Source: Octopus bimaculoides
Taxonomy: Eukaryota
Direction of reading: 5' to 3'
NCBI RefSeq assembly: GCF_001194135.2
Contig: NC_068987.1
Span: 100,909,791 to 100,965,957, forward strand
Length of the DNA stretch: 56,167 bases
Part shown: positions 13,416 through 25,537 of the stretch, one piece after another
Layout: each line of letters opens with the position of its first letter
Numbering within the stretch: the stretch's first letter is position 1
Notes under the pieces: model-generated
Told to the model about the DNA's origin: nothing
The model's database searches: none
Seen by the model: only the letters and a program-made list of their open reading frames with translations
Program-made: the position numbers and the translations under genes

Positions 13416-13612
13416 AAGAAGAAGAAGAAGAAGAAGAAGAAGAAGAAGAAGAAGAAGAAGAAGAAGGAGAAGAAGAAGAAGAAGAAGAAGAAGAAGAAGA
13501 AGAAGAAGAAGAAGAAGAAGAAGAAGAAAAAGAAGAGAAAAGGGAGAAAGAGGAAAAGAAGAACAACAACAACAAAACAACAACAGCAACAACAGCAACA
13601 ACAACAACAACA
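13338..13612. repeat. Compound trinucleotide microsatellite (AAT)n-(GAA)n-(CAA)n
   Basis: Read directly from the sequence. Confidence 0.95.
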
Positions 13613-14117
13613 CTTTTTTTTATTTGTTATCAAGCTGATTAATTAGGGGACACAATTTCAGACACAAAGAGTAGGTGTCTACATGCAGAATCAAATTTAA
13701 AAGAAATGAAATGCAAGTTTTCATAGTACACAAATATTAAGTTATGATGATCATCATGTTCATGATCATCATCACAATCATAATAATTATGTGAAGGGTG
13801 GTGGTGGTGGTGATGGTGGTAGTTGTGGTAGAAGCGGTGATGGCAACGATAGATCTTAGGCTTCAATGCGGCCTAAGTGCAAAATGGGCTCACCTTTTAC
13901 CATGCGTTTATTTTTGAGGGGTGTCCTCTCTTATTTTTTTTTCACTAGTAGTCTTCTACTCTGTTTCATTCCAAGCTGACAATGTGTGTCACCTTCATGG
14001 TAGGAATTTGTGACCAAGGACTCAATTATTTCTCTGGTTGTTGGATCAGAGCACTGACGATAGCTACTTCATGACTTGCTGTAGCGGCTGCTATCTGTGC
14101 TGGTCTCTCACTCTTAC

Positions 14118-14343
14118 TTTTCGTGTCACTTCCAGATACATCGCAAACTTTTTGTCTGTGCTACCTGCAGCATGTGAGCATTTACCCTGCATATAAACGC
14201 GCAAATCCGTCTTCTCTGCACATACTTCCTGACACCTCTTACAAATCAGTTTGTTTCCTTCAAGAGTAATCAAGAATTTTGTGCCCGCTCCACCCGATTC
14301 GATTAAGTATTTTTTAAAAGCCACTTTAATGTTATGCCCCTGC
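14118..14343 (-). CDS. Candidate internal coding exon (226 nt, phase 2 to 0), unidentified protein
   Basis: Acceptor atatag|G and donor AAA|gtaaga enclose an open frame of 75 aa (QGHNIKVAFKKYLIESGG..ICKRCQEVC..YLEVTRK). No family recognised, and plus-strand candidates overlap it. Confidence 0.3.
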
Positions 14344-15316
14344 CTATATTATGCCATAAAAGATTTTTTTCTGGCACGATATCAGCTCCAGTATCTTTCA
14401 TATTAATCTATGTATTTGTTTGTCTTTTATATTATAAGACTAACCTATATGCATTTGCCTGATCTACAAGCTCCGCTGCGTCCTTGTTTCTTCCTCCGTT
14501 AAAGCGAGAAAGGCTGGGCCATACTTGGTATGAGCGATCTCACACCAGCGATCAATCAGAAATGTTTCCAACTGTTCTTTTGAAACACAAAGAATACCTG
14601 TAGCGTTCAAAATGTACCAATATATATTTTACCTCCTTTCTTCAGCTTATCTAAAATTGCGCCTCTTTTGATTAAATAATGCTGCCACATATTTGCTATT
14701 TGCGCAAGATGTCCTATCTATATCTATTTCTCGTATGTTGCAGTTAATGTTAACTAGATTTAGCCTTTTGATTTTGACAAAAAAAAATCGGGTTTATTTT
14801 ATTTTCATTTGGAGAAATATATGTGAGAGAGTTGTATTACTGTTGCAATTGTTGGTGTTGTGTTACTAATGTTTTTAAGACGTCTTTTGTTATTGTGAAA
14901 GTTATCGCTAAATGTAACCTTCGAATTGTTATCAATAGTGTTATAGACTCTAAAATTGTATATATTTTTGCTTTTTAAATACCAGTATTGTAAAATATTC
15001 AGTGTTGTAAAATATTCTTTTGATCTTCTTTACTTTTCCACACCTTCGATTCTGAAGTTATATGTTCATCTGCATCGTGGCTTAGTTGGGAGCTCTGGCT
15101 AACAAAATTGTGCATATATATAGATGAATAAAAACATTTCTAAACTTTGTGAAAAACACAATATTATGTTTTTCACCCATATTTGTGCAAACTTCTACAT
15201 CATTCAAATATGCCCTATATGAAAATAATTTCAGGAAATGTTTTTCTTCCATGGTGGCTTACTTCATTAAATTCAGAATTTTTTGAGTGAAATGGAAACA
15301 TTATTATTATTATTAT

Positions 15317-15566
15317 TCAGTAGTTTTATTTTTATAACGTGCTTTCACTTCACTACCGAGCGCAGCTCTGTGCGCCTTGGGTATGTGCTGTGGTTTGCTG
15401 TGGTGCTCTTATGTTTACTGTATTGAAAGTGTTTTGCGTAGAATGTGTGCAGTACCCAGTAGTGCAATTTTCTGTATGTTATATATATTTGTAAGTCCTG
15501 GTGTTTTTGTTATGTATTTGTCTGAATATTTCTTTTATTATACCTAAGGCACCTACTATGATAGGA

Positions 15567-15568
<2 letters not shown>
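15317..15568 (-). mobile_element. R4/Dong-clade 3' fragment
   Basis: Begins at IPIIVGALG and encodes ..NIQKIALLGTAHILRKTLSIQ*. The 3' UTR ends ..gtgaaagcacgttataaaaataaaactactga, the same end as 44775-44830. (ATT)n on both sides. Confidence 0.9.

Positions 15569-15652
<84 letters not shown>
15568..15652. repeat. Palindromic (ATT)n(AAT)n microsatellite
   Basis: The strand switch is at 15605/15606 (..ttatt|aataa..). Confidence 0.95.
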
Positions 15653-15653
<1 letters not shown>

Positions 15654-17340
15654 TACTGACACCTTTATTTGACATGTTAAATAGAACTGTACGTGGATAC
15701 AACTGTTATGGTAAAACAATCAGCCATCTCTTATATATGGACTATTTAAAACTGTACGCTACAAATGATAAAGAGATTGAAACCTGACTACAGGCCGTAG
15801 ATGGATTTACCAAAGAAACAAACTTTAAATGTGGCTGAGAAAAATGTGCCGAAGCAATCTTGAAAAGAGGAAAACTAGTTAAATGTAGCAACATCACATT
15901 AGATAAAACCAATGAAATAAGAGAATTAGACCAAAGCTAGACATTCGAACACTTAGGAAACAATGAACTAGATACGATATAACACACTCAAATGAAAAAG
16001 AAAACAAAGAAAGGAATATTATAGACGAGATAGATTAATACTGAAAACAGGAAAACAGAGCTCAATACGAAAAACAAGATAATAGCTATCAATACTGTAG
16101 CCGCCCTAGTTATAAGTTACAGCTACAATATTCTTAACTGGACTCTAAATAAACTAATCAAAATAGACAGGAAAACAAGAAAATAATGACAGGATTTAGG
16201 ATGCACCACCCAAAATTTGACGGAGATAGGCTATATATACAATGTATCAAAAATGCTAGAGGCCTTATACAGCTAGAAAACAACTACAAAATAATCACCA
16301 TAGGACTACAGAAAAACCTACTTCAGAAGCGAGGAAAACTAATACAAATAGCCACAAAACACGAACAAAGCAAAAAGCTGTTTTTAAGGCTTTAAGGAAG
16401 CTGACAATTACTAAAAGGAAGTCATATAGTGGCTAACAGCTATGAAGAAACGAAAGATTCAAACAACTGAAATCCACACTAAAACTGGAATAGCAACGGA
16501 TAATGATAAAATGATGGCAAGAAAAGCCCTTTCATCACAAATCAAACTAAACAGCAGATAAATAGACAAAGCAAAATCCCTACTGCGGCTGACAAGCTCA
16601 GTACTCGAACCATAGACTGAAGGATTTTTAAATTCAGCACAAGATCAAAGCTTTCCCACCAGAAATCACCGAAAATACGTAATGAAATTAAATACAAATA
16701 ACTGCAGAATATGTGGTGATGTAGAAGAAGGAATAAATCATATTGTCTCTAGATGCCAAGTCCAGGTTAAGAAGGAATATATTCAAAGACATGATTGAGT
16801 TGGGACCTATATACACTCGAAGCTATATCAACACTATGGAATAACTACAGAAAAAAGATGGGAAAGGCACACACCTGGAAAGGTCATAGAAAATGAGAAG
16901 GCAATCACACTCTGGAATATGCCAATACACAGAGAAATTAAGGCCAATGGGCTGGATACAGTTGTCAAAGATCACCAAGAAAAAAGATGCTCTCTAATCG
17001 ATGTATGAATACCAACATATGACAATGCGTCTTTAGAAGAAACGCTGCAACTTTCAAAATACAAAGAGCTGGAAATAAAGGTAACTCAAATGTGGCACCT
17101 ACAATCAAAAACAGTTCCTATCATAGTAGGCGCATTAGGTATGTATGATAAAAAACATTCAGACAAATACATGACAAAGACACCAGGACTTACATTTATA
17201 AATAAGATACAGAAAATAGCACTACTATGCACCGCGCACATCGTACGTAAAACACTTTTAGTACAGTGACAATAAGCGCACCATAACAAACCAAAGGACA
17301 TACCCTAGGCGCACAGAGCTGCACATGAAAAATAAGACTA

Positions 17341-17344
<4 letters not shown>
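15653..17344 (+). mobile_element. 5'-truncated, decayed R4/Dong-clade retrotransposon (RT C-terminal half, zinc knuckle, RLE, 3' UTR)
   Basis: Broken frames include ISHLLYMDYLKLY (YMDD variant), HHPKFDGDRLY, CRICGDVEEGINHIVSRC, TLWNMPIHRE and PIIVGALG. Flanked by (AAT)n at both ends. Confidence 0.9.
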
Positions 17345-17393
<49 letters not shown>

Positions 17394-17484
17394 TAATAAT
17401 AATAACGATGATGATGATGATGATGGTGATTATGATGATGATAAAAATAATATTAATAATAACAACAACAACAACGAAAACAAC

Positions 17485-17560
<76 letters not shown>

Positions 17561-18200
17561 TTAATAATAAAGACCAATAAGATAACAAATTAAAATTAGA
17601 AATTAATGTTTACTTTAAGAATGAATTAAGGTTAATTTGTATTAATTACGTCTAATTAATGATGTGCCATTATGGTATAGCAATGGGAATTATTGGAACG
17701 AAAAATTCTCCAAGAGTTTGAATGCAGTAAATCATGTTGAAGAGACACGCAATACTATAAAAGAAGGAAATGAGTATTGCGCGAACTACAAGTTTCTTAA
17801 TTGAATTCAAATGTGGGATCAAATCATTTTTCTTTTATTTCTTGTTCGTTTAAAAATGTAAGAAAAAAAAAACGTACAAAGCCCACGCACATATTATTGG
17901 CTTCTTCAATCTGAGGAACAACATTTATTTAGTAAAATCATGGTGGGCGATAATGGAGTACTGTTAATTGGACAGCTGAATGTGTTATCGAAAGGGAGTC
18001 AAAGGAACAGTCGTCAAAATCACATTCAATAGATATGTACTGAAAATTATGAAATTCTATACAGTCAGTTATCTACTCGAACAATTAATTTTCTTTTCAA
18101 TTGAGGCATTTTTTAATTACTTATCCGAAAGAGGAAAGGTGACACCCTTGACTTTCACACGCCATTCCAATTTGTAAAATTCAATATATTTCATGTTCAG

Positions 18201-18263
18201 CTACATATTAGTAGTCATTCGTGAACTTATGTACAAGATGTGGAAAGATGGATTCCCAATGGA
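18201..18263 (+). CDS. Candidate coding exon (63 nt, phase 2 to 2)
   Basis: Acceptor tttcatgttcag|C and donor GA|gtaagg. The only open frame is YILVVIRELMYKMWKDGFPM, phase-compatible with 18456-18501 and with 18726-18815. Confidence 0.3.
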
Positions 18264-20043
18264 GTAAGGTTCTATCAAAGAGCGTTTAAAGAAAATATTT
18301 CAACGTGTTGTTGCTACTGTTTTTGTTCGACTCCAGATCAGCCCTGATAGATCAGGTTATATCACAGCTCATGACCAGGTTCCTCTACATGCTACTATGA
18401 ACAGCTGAAACTCCCTCATTTCATACATCACTATCTTGTTTAATGCATAGTTCAGAGGCGATGATGAACATAATGGTTACTTGCGATTGACTTCTATTAT
18501 AGTAAGTGCGCTTTGATGCACATTTTTGCTGAAGTTCAAAGTTGTTCAACAGCATTAAATAGACCCGTTCAGGGGATATCTTATTATTTCACCTTGTTTC
18601 TTTTTCGGATTTTAATATTAGTGCAAAGTAAATGTCTTGCTCAGTGGAGGGTAGAAGGGAAAACTAAAATGTTTGCACTTCTCATTGTCCCGATTGGCAT
18701 GGAAAGACCAGCTGCAAATCTTTAGTTTACTAAGATCCTCTCGGATATCTCTCATAAATCCGGAGCAGATTAAAATCAATATATCAAGAGACTGCGTTAC
18801 TCTCACATTAGGTCAGTAAGTCTAATTTGTTGTAAACTATTGTATCCCCTAAACACACACAAAATCTAGTAAGTCGTGTTGAATTTCATTCTTCGCTATC
18901 ACATTTTATCACACTTGCATTACTGTATAGATACCTGGCTCAAGTCACGGTTTTGAACCTATCGTGACGTCAAACTATAAAAGTTCATGCGTTGATGATG
19001 TTCAGATTGCAAACAAAATGTTTTAGCTTCTAGCTCACAACATAGTAATTTCGGCAGTTATCTTTTACTAAAACATCAGACCAGTCAAACATTTTGAGTA
19101 ACATTGGCTAGTATTTTTCGATTGATGGTGTGTGGCGGGAGGAGGCTTTGTGAAGATCATAGGCATTTCTTTTATATCTACTAGTTAACTTATTTTTATT
19201 TTTATTTTCTAGGAGTCTTGATTCATTTATGACAAGACGAGAGTTAGTTTATATGTGCACAGTGTCTGAGAACCAAACAACTAATATGATTTTTTATTTG
19301 TTGGTGTGATCCTGTTAGATATACTCATGTTTATTTGTAAACCTGGAAAAGTAATGAACATCGAAATAAGATATAAGCAGATCTTTTAACTGTTCTCGGA
19401 ATATTGTATGCGAAGATTAACGGAATTAATTCATGGTTTTACAAGAAGTATTTAGCGCAACGTGGCCAAGCTCATGTAAATGGATGAATATCTGTGCACG
19501 TCATTCTAGTTTGGCATTCAAAATTGTTCTATGTTCCTGCTCTTCTTGTTGTTAACATTATTTAGTGATACGTACTACTAGTGCATATACCAATATGTTT
19601 TGCAAATAGCGTATATATTATGCAATGAAATGCCCATATATTTCAGGAAGATTTATTTGCTATGTCAGTCAAGCCGGGGTGAGTGCAGAGATGCTATACT
19701 TCTGTCAAAGCATTTGAAAATTATAGTTTATGAGGCACATCTAGAGACATAGTTTTCTTAGTAGTAAGAAATGTTACAGAGAGAAGATACATAGCTAATG
19801 ATTCAACCGAAGATTGAAGATCATTCGGGATCAGTTGGTGTTCTTGAATTAGCTAATAAGCTTAGTGGCAAGGATGGTAAGTATGTCAAATTTGTATTAA
19901 ACGTGAATATTTGTAGTCAGTTTTAGAAGACAAGTTTTAGATTAAAAAAAGCTTAAGATTTCGAACAGACAAATAGCAATTACGAAACAATGACAGCAAT
20001 TAGATATGTATGTATGTGTGTACGCAAGTATTATGCGTTTGTG

Positions 20044-20078
<35 letters not shown>

Positions 20079-20128
20079 AACACATATATAAAATATAGAT
20101 TATATATGTATATATGTCTATATACCCT

Positions 20129-20167
<39 letters not shown>

Positions 20168-20665
20168 NNNNNNNNNNNNNNNNNNNNNNNNNNNNNNNNN
20201 NNNNNNNNNNNNNNNNNNNNNNNNNNNNNNNNNNNNNNNNNNNNNNNNNNNNNNNNNNNNNNNNNNNNNNNNNNNNNNNNNNNNNNNNNNNNNNNNNNNN
20301 NNNNNNNNNNNNNNNNNNNNNNNNNNNNNNNNNNNNNNNNNNNNNNNNNNNNNNNNNNNNNNNNNNNNNNNNNNNNNNNNNNNNNNNNNNNNNNNNNNNN
20401 NNNNNNNNNNNNNNNNNNNNNNNNNNNNNNNNNNNNNNNNNNNNNNNNNNNNNNNNNNNNNNNNNNNNNNNNNNNNNNNNNNNNNNNNNNNNNNNNNNNN
20501 NNNNNNNNNNNNNNNNNNNNNNNNNNNNNNNNNNNNNNNNNNNNNNNNNNNNNNNNNNNNNNNNNNNNNNNNNNNNNNNNNNNNNNNNNNNNNNNNNNNN
20601 NNNNNNNNNNNNNNNNNNNNNNNNNNNNNNNNNNNNNNNNNNNNNNNNNNNNNNNNNNNNNNNNN

Positions 20666-20716
<51 letters not shown>

Positions 20717-22139
20717 TCTCTCTTCCGATTTTGAAGAACTGACGCTGTTTTTACCCAGATAACACATCCACAAGTCAATTTATCTATCAGCTTTCATCAG
20801 TGCTGAAAATGAAGACGATTCAACGCAAGAATAACGATGTTGATGTGATGTATAAATACATTAATACTTTTATGTTTGAAAACTATGTTTGATAAATCAT
20901 TCAAGTATGTTTAAATAACTTAGGAGGTCAACTAGATACGAAGCGTCCATGATATCACTGAATATTATTTTAGTTTCAAACAATACAACATATGATTCAT
21001 ACTTTTCTAAGTGATATCCGATTAGTTTTACATATATTTTACATTGATTTTTATTAGTGTTTGTCATTTCATTTTATTATTAATCGTGTTGTTACTGATA
21101 GAAATTTAAATTTAGATATTGGACTGTTATATATAGTAATTAATGTAAGCTTGAGAATGCGTGTGAAAATGTGTGCGATCGTATATGCTAGCATTGTGTG
21201 CTAATTAGAATGCGTATGTATGATTGTGTGTGATTGTTTACAAATATATAACTGAGTGTGTGCTTGTGTACATTTATAAAACTGCATGAGTATGTTCATG
21301 TGTTTGTACATAAATAAATTTTCTACGCATACTCGTTAATTCTTGATATACATTTGTGTGACTAAATGTCTACACTTGTATATGTGAGCTCAGGCGTATA
21401 TATACACACGCATACACATACACACACACACACATATTTATGCACAATCAAGAGCTTATGTTCATTTATATCTGTGTTATTTAGTGTGGAATTTCCATAT
21501 TTCTCATATAGTGGAGGCGGTGGAGGAAGAGTGTATGAGACGGCGGTGGTAGCGATGACGGACGTCGTCTTCGCTCTCTGCGGTAGCGATGCAACGTGTT
21601 ATACAGAATTTTGACTGGAATGTTTTTGAGAAAATATATTCTCGTCTATAAACGGTTACAAATTCGTTATATAAGAGAGTTATTATTGACGTTAACACCG
21701 TTGTTGTTATTAGTTGCGTTGGTGCGGATTGTTGTTGGTGGGTGTTGATTGTTACTGTTGATGGCTGGTGTTTGTGGAGGCGATGTCGGTGGGTTTGGGG
21801 TTTGTAAAATGCTATTAAAGACGTTAATTATTTGAGTACGAGATGTAGAGCCTGAGAGGTGGTTACGGTCGGAAAAGTAGAGTTAAAGAGTCTAGTATTG
21901 AACGTGGAGGTGATGAAAGTGTTCTTGGGTGTAAAAAATATAGTGCTGAAGATAATGGCAGGGTTAGTAGCGTCAGTTCAGGAAATGACTACACCAATTG
22001 TCGAGCTAACAACTAAACATTGCAACGCATATTTTTCTGTGCTTTTCAGTTTCGCCAGTGAAAAATTTTCAAATTCAATTTTACAGTAATATTTAATATA
22101 TAACAACCAGCGATTTGGTAAGATGCTAGCAATACCTTA

Positions 22140-22575
22140 ATATATGTTTGGGCGTGGGTGTGTGAAAAGAAGCTTGCTTCTTCTAAACCTCGTGGTTCCG
22201 TTGGCCAAGTGTCTTCTACTATAAAATCAGGCCGACCAAACAAAGCCTCGTGTGTGAATTTGGTAGGCGGAAACTGAAAGAAGCTCGTCGTATATGTGTG
22301 TATGTGTGCGGAATCTGAAAGACGTTCGTCGTATATATGTTTATGTGTGTGTGTGTATGAGTTTGCGTGTGTCTTTCTGCCTATGTTTGTCCTCCACCAC
22401 AGCTTGACAATCTGTGTTGGTGTGTTAACTTCCTCGTAACTTAGTAGTACGGCAAAAGAGACCGACAGAGTAATTTCCAGACTTTAAAAAGTGCGTCGTG
22501 AGGTCGATTTCTTCGATAGAACACTTCAAGATGGTGCCCTGGCATGGCTGCAATCAAAATGACTGAAACGGGTAA
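22140..22575 (+). mobile_element. SINE, same family as 26986-27422
   Basis: Collinear similarity (ggccaagtgtcttctactat..ggaaactgaaagaagctcgtcgtatat..cggcaaaagagaccg..gactgaaacg), with an internal duplication of ggaaactgaaaga..cgtcgtatat. Confidence 0.75.
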
Positions 22576-23395
22576 GATATTAAGGATGAATATGTGTGCA
22601 TATTTGGTATGCATGTGTGTTTGTTCTTCTCTTTTTAATTTTAGAGTAAATGTTAACCAGTCGCCTACTTAGTGGCAAGATTGTGAAAGAAAGTGTCTGT
22701 TTTGGACCAACATCTTTTAAATCTTATGAAGCCTTGCAGATTTCTATTGTCTTAGATATCATGAAAATGTGCATGTATGTATGTGTATATGTGTGCATGT
22801 ATGTATGTATGCATGCAGGTATGCGTGAATGATTGTACTTACATATGTATGTATGTATGTATGTATGTATGCATGCATGCATGTATGTATGTAAATATGT
22901 AAGTATACATGTATGCATGTATGTTACGTCAGGTCACTTCTGAGGTATCTCATGAACGCTAGTGGCAACATGGAATCGAGTAAAGCCTGTTGTATGGCCG
23001 AGTCACCTTTAACTGAACCGGCACCCCTGCTGCTCTTGCTTATTGAGGAGGGCTTTTAGAAACCCAGCAGGGCTAAGACCAAGACCTATTAAAAGGACGG
23101 ATGAATCTAGTGTAGGTTCGATCGCACTGGTCCTCACAAATTTTAGGTTTGTGTCCGGCGTGATGGAAGACCACTAGGACTGAGGCACTTCTCGACATTT
23201 TTTAAAGGAAATATCTAGACGGTCACTCTAGTATAAAACCATGTATACCTAGAATGGCATTAAACATTTTGCGGGTCTTTTACTTGCTTTTGAGTTCATG
23301 TATATATTTATGCGTGTATTTGTATGTGTGTGTGTGTGTGCGCCCACGCGTATGTGTACGTGTGTGCATGTGTGTTTATATGTGTGTGTTATGTA

Positions 23396-23477
<82 letters not shown>

Positions 23478-23663
23478 TGTATATACACTTATATGTATAC
23501 ACACATATATATGTATGTTCAATTATCTAATATATGTATGTTCGTTGGTTTTTATATGTATATTGTTGTCTACATGTGGATTCGAAACGCATATGCTCAC
23601 GTCAGGAGGACAATACTGTACTGCTTTCCTTATGAGCAAATCAAACGAATGACTCACCGATAA

Positions 23664-25537
23664 CACTGGTCATCAAATCAACCAAAATGCTTATCAGATC
23701 AGAGTAGCAATTTAGGTCGCTGATAATGAACATCATGGTTAAAATGTTAGTTAGCTCTACTTTTCAAGTATGTCCAACAGACCAAACCAACAATTGTTAT
23801 TTCTGCTTTGTATAAAAAGAGGCTTGTCAGAGAAGAAAAAGGTGTCCATTGAATATCAAAACATTCCATCAGCTATTCGCTCAGTTCAACATGACGAAGT
23901 TTGTTGTACCACCTTCGGTATCCTTTGAGTCCGATGAAGAAAAAGGTGATTAAGAAGCAGAGGATGACAGTGCTGAATTACGGTGTGACCCAAATTTTGA
24001 TGAAACACACTTCTCTAGACCACATCTCAGAACACAAGGGGTATGCCATGACCTTGTCAGGGATCTACAACTAACTAAGAATAAGGCACAACTGCTAGAT
24101 TCTTGTCTTCAACAATAGAATCTCCAAGAAGCTGATGTGAACATTTCAAAATTTCCTGACCGTCAGCTGCAGTTCAACAATTTCTTCATAATGGAAGGTA
24201 ATTTAATGGCCTGGAACAATATTAATGATATGGTAGAAGCATGTGGTATTGAATACGAATCCAGTCACTGTATCTATGCACATATGTATGCATGTATATA
24301 TCGATAGAGAGAGAGAGAGAGGGGGAGAGAGAGAGAGAGAGAAGGAGAGTAGGAGAGACATATATACTAATACGTAAAGCAAATATCGAGGAGAAGGTCA
24401 CTCTAGTATAAAACTAGATATACCGAGAATGGCATTCATCAAAACCTAGTCTGAAAAGTAGCTTGCTGCATAATAGTGCTGCATAATAGTGGCAATAGTG
24501 AGCCATCAGTTCCTGTCGTCTACGCATCACATATGAATGATATTTATGAGAATATAAAGCATATGTTGCAATGCATAAAATATGATGGACATCAATGGTA
24601 GTCCGGTGGTGACTTAAAATTTGTTGCGCTTGTGATGGGCTGGCAGGGTGGGTACAGCAAATACTGCTGCTTTGTGTGTGAATGGGTTAGCCGTGCAAGA
24701 GGTTCTCATTATGTCAGAAGAGATTGACCACCTCGTCAATTATTGGAGCCTGAAATGAAAAATGTTCAACATCCACCTCTCACTGAACCAAACGAAAATT
24801 TGCTACCACCACTAGACATAAAACTGGAGCTTATCAGAATTTTGTTAAAGCTATGGACAAATCCAATCAGTGGTTCAAGTATTTAACATCAAAATTCACT
24901 TCACTGAGCGACTCCAAGCTAACAATGGGAGTCTACATTGGCCCTCTGATTTGAGAGCTTCTTAAAGATGGTGACTTTGAATCAGCCCATCATGAGGAGG
25001 AGATAGCTGCTTCGGAAGCGTTCAAGTTAGTGGAGAGGGTTATTCTCGGAAAAAGAAGGGAAAAAACTATGAAGAATAGGTGGAAAACTTCATCGAAGCT
25101 TACAAGAACATGAGATGTATTATGACACTTAACATCCACTTCCCGGGTTCACATTTACAGTGTTTTTTTTTCAGTGAACAGTGTGGCAGTTAATGACGAA
25201 CATGGTGAAAGTTTTCACCAAGATATTTCCGCCATGGAAAAACGGTACATAGACATATGGAACACAACAATGCTTGCAAACTATTGCAAAAGATGATTCT
25301 TCAGTTCACTATAAGCGTCAAACAAAAAGAAAAAGAGAAGATACGAACTAGAGCTTAAAACAAGACACGTATTGTACGTTATGGTAAAATAATCAAATAT
25401 TACATGTCACGTAGCTTTAAGCTTATAGCTAACAAGTATTTTTCAAGGTGATATTTGGATTCAAGACATGACAATGCATAAGAATTAACTAATCTCATTT
25501 AAGAAGCACAAAACTTTTCAAAAGTTGTTGACCGGTG
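23664..25537 (+). mobile_element. Decayed Chapaev3-like (CMC group) DNA transposon
   Basis: Broken frames GDLKFVALVMGWQGGYSKYCCFVCEW, LLPPLDIKL, NFVKAMDKS and DEHGESFHQDISAMEKRY. Termini CACTGGTCATCAA...TTGTTGACCGGTG are short imperfect inverted repeats. Flanks are taa/gaa, a possible 3-bp TSD with one change. The superfamily name is from recalled family knowledge. Confidence 0.75.

Noticed and set aside
13119-13633. Poly-Leu/Arg/Ser/Phe ORFs, and similar poly-Ile/Asn/Tyr ORFs at 9.1, 17.4 and 41.9-44.9 kb
   Set aside because: They are translations of (GAA)n, (AAT)n and (CAA)n tracts.
14470-14560. KYGPAFL resembling the cytochrome P450 KYGPxF motif
   Set aside because: Short match only, flanked by stops, with no other P450 motifs.
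21480-22050. Pro/Thr/Asn-rich minus-strand open frames (QTPNPPTSPPQTP.., LPPPPPLYEK) with a plausible acceptor near 21853
   Set aside because: The strand is C/A-rich degenerate simple repeat, so several frames stay open by composition. No consistent exon structure was found.
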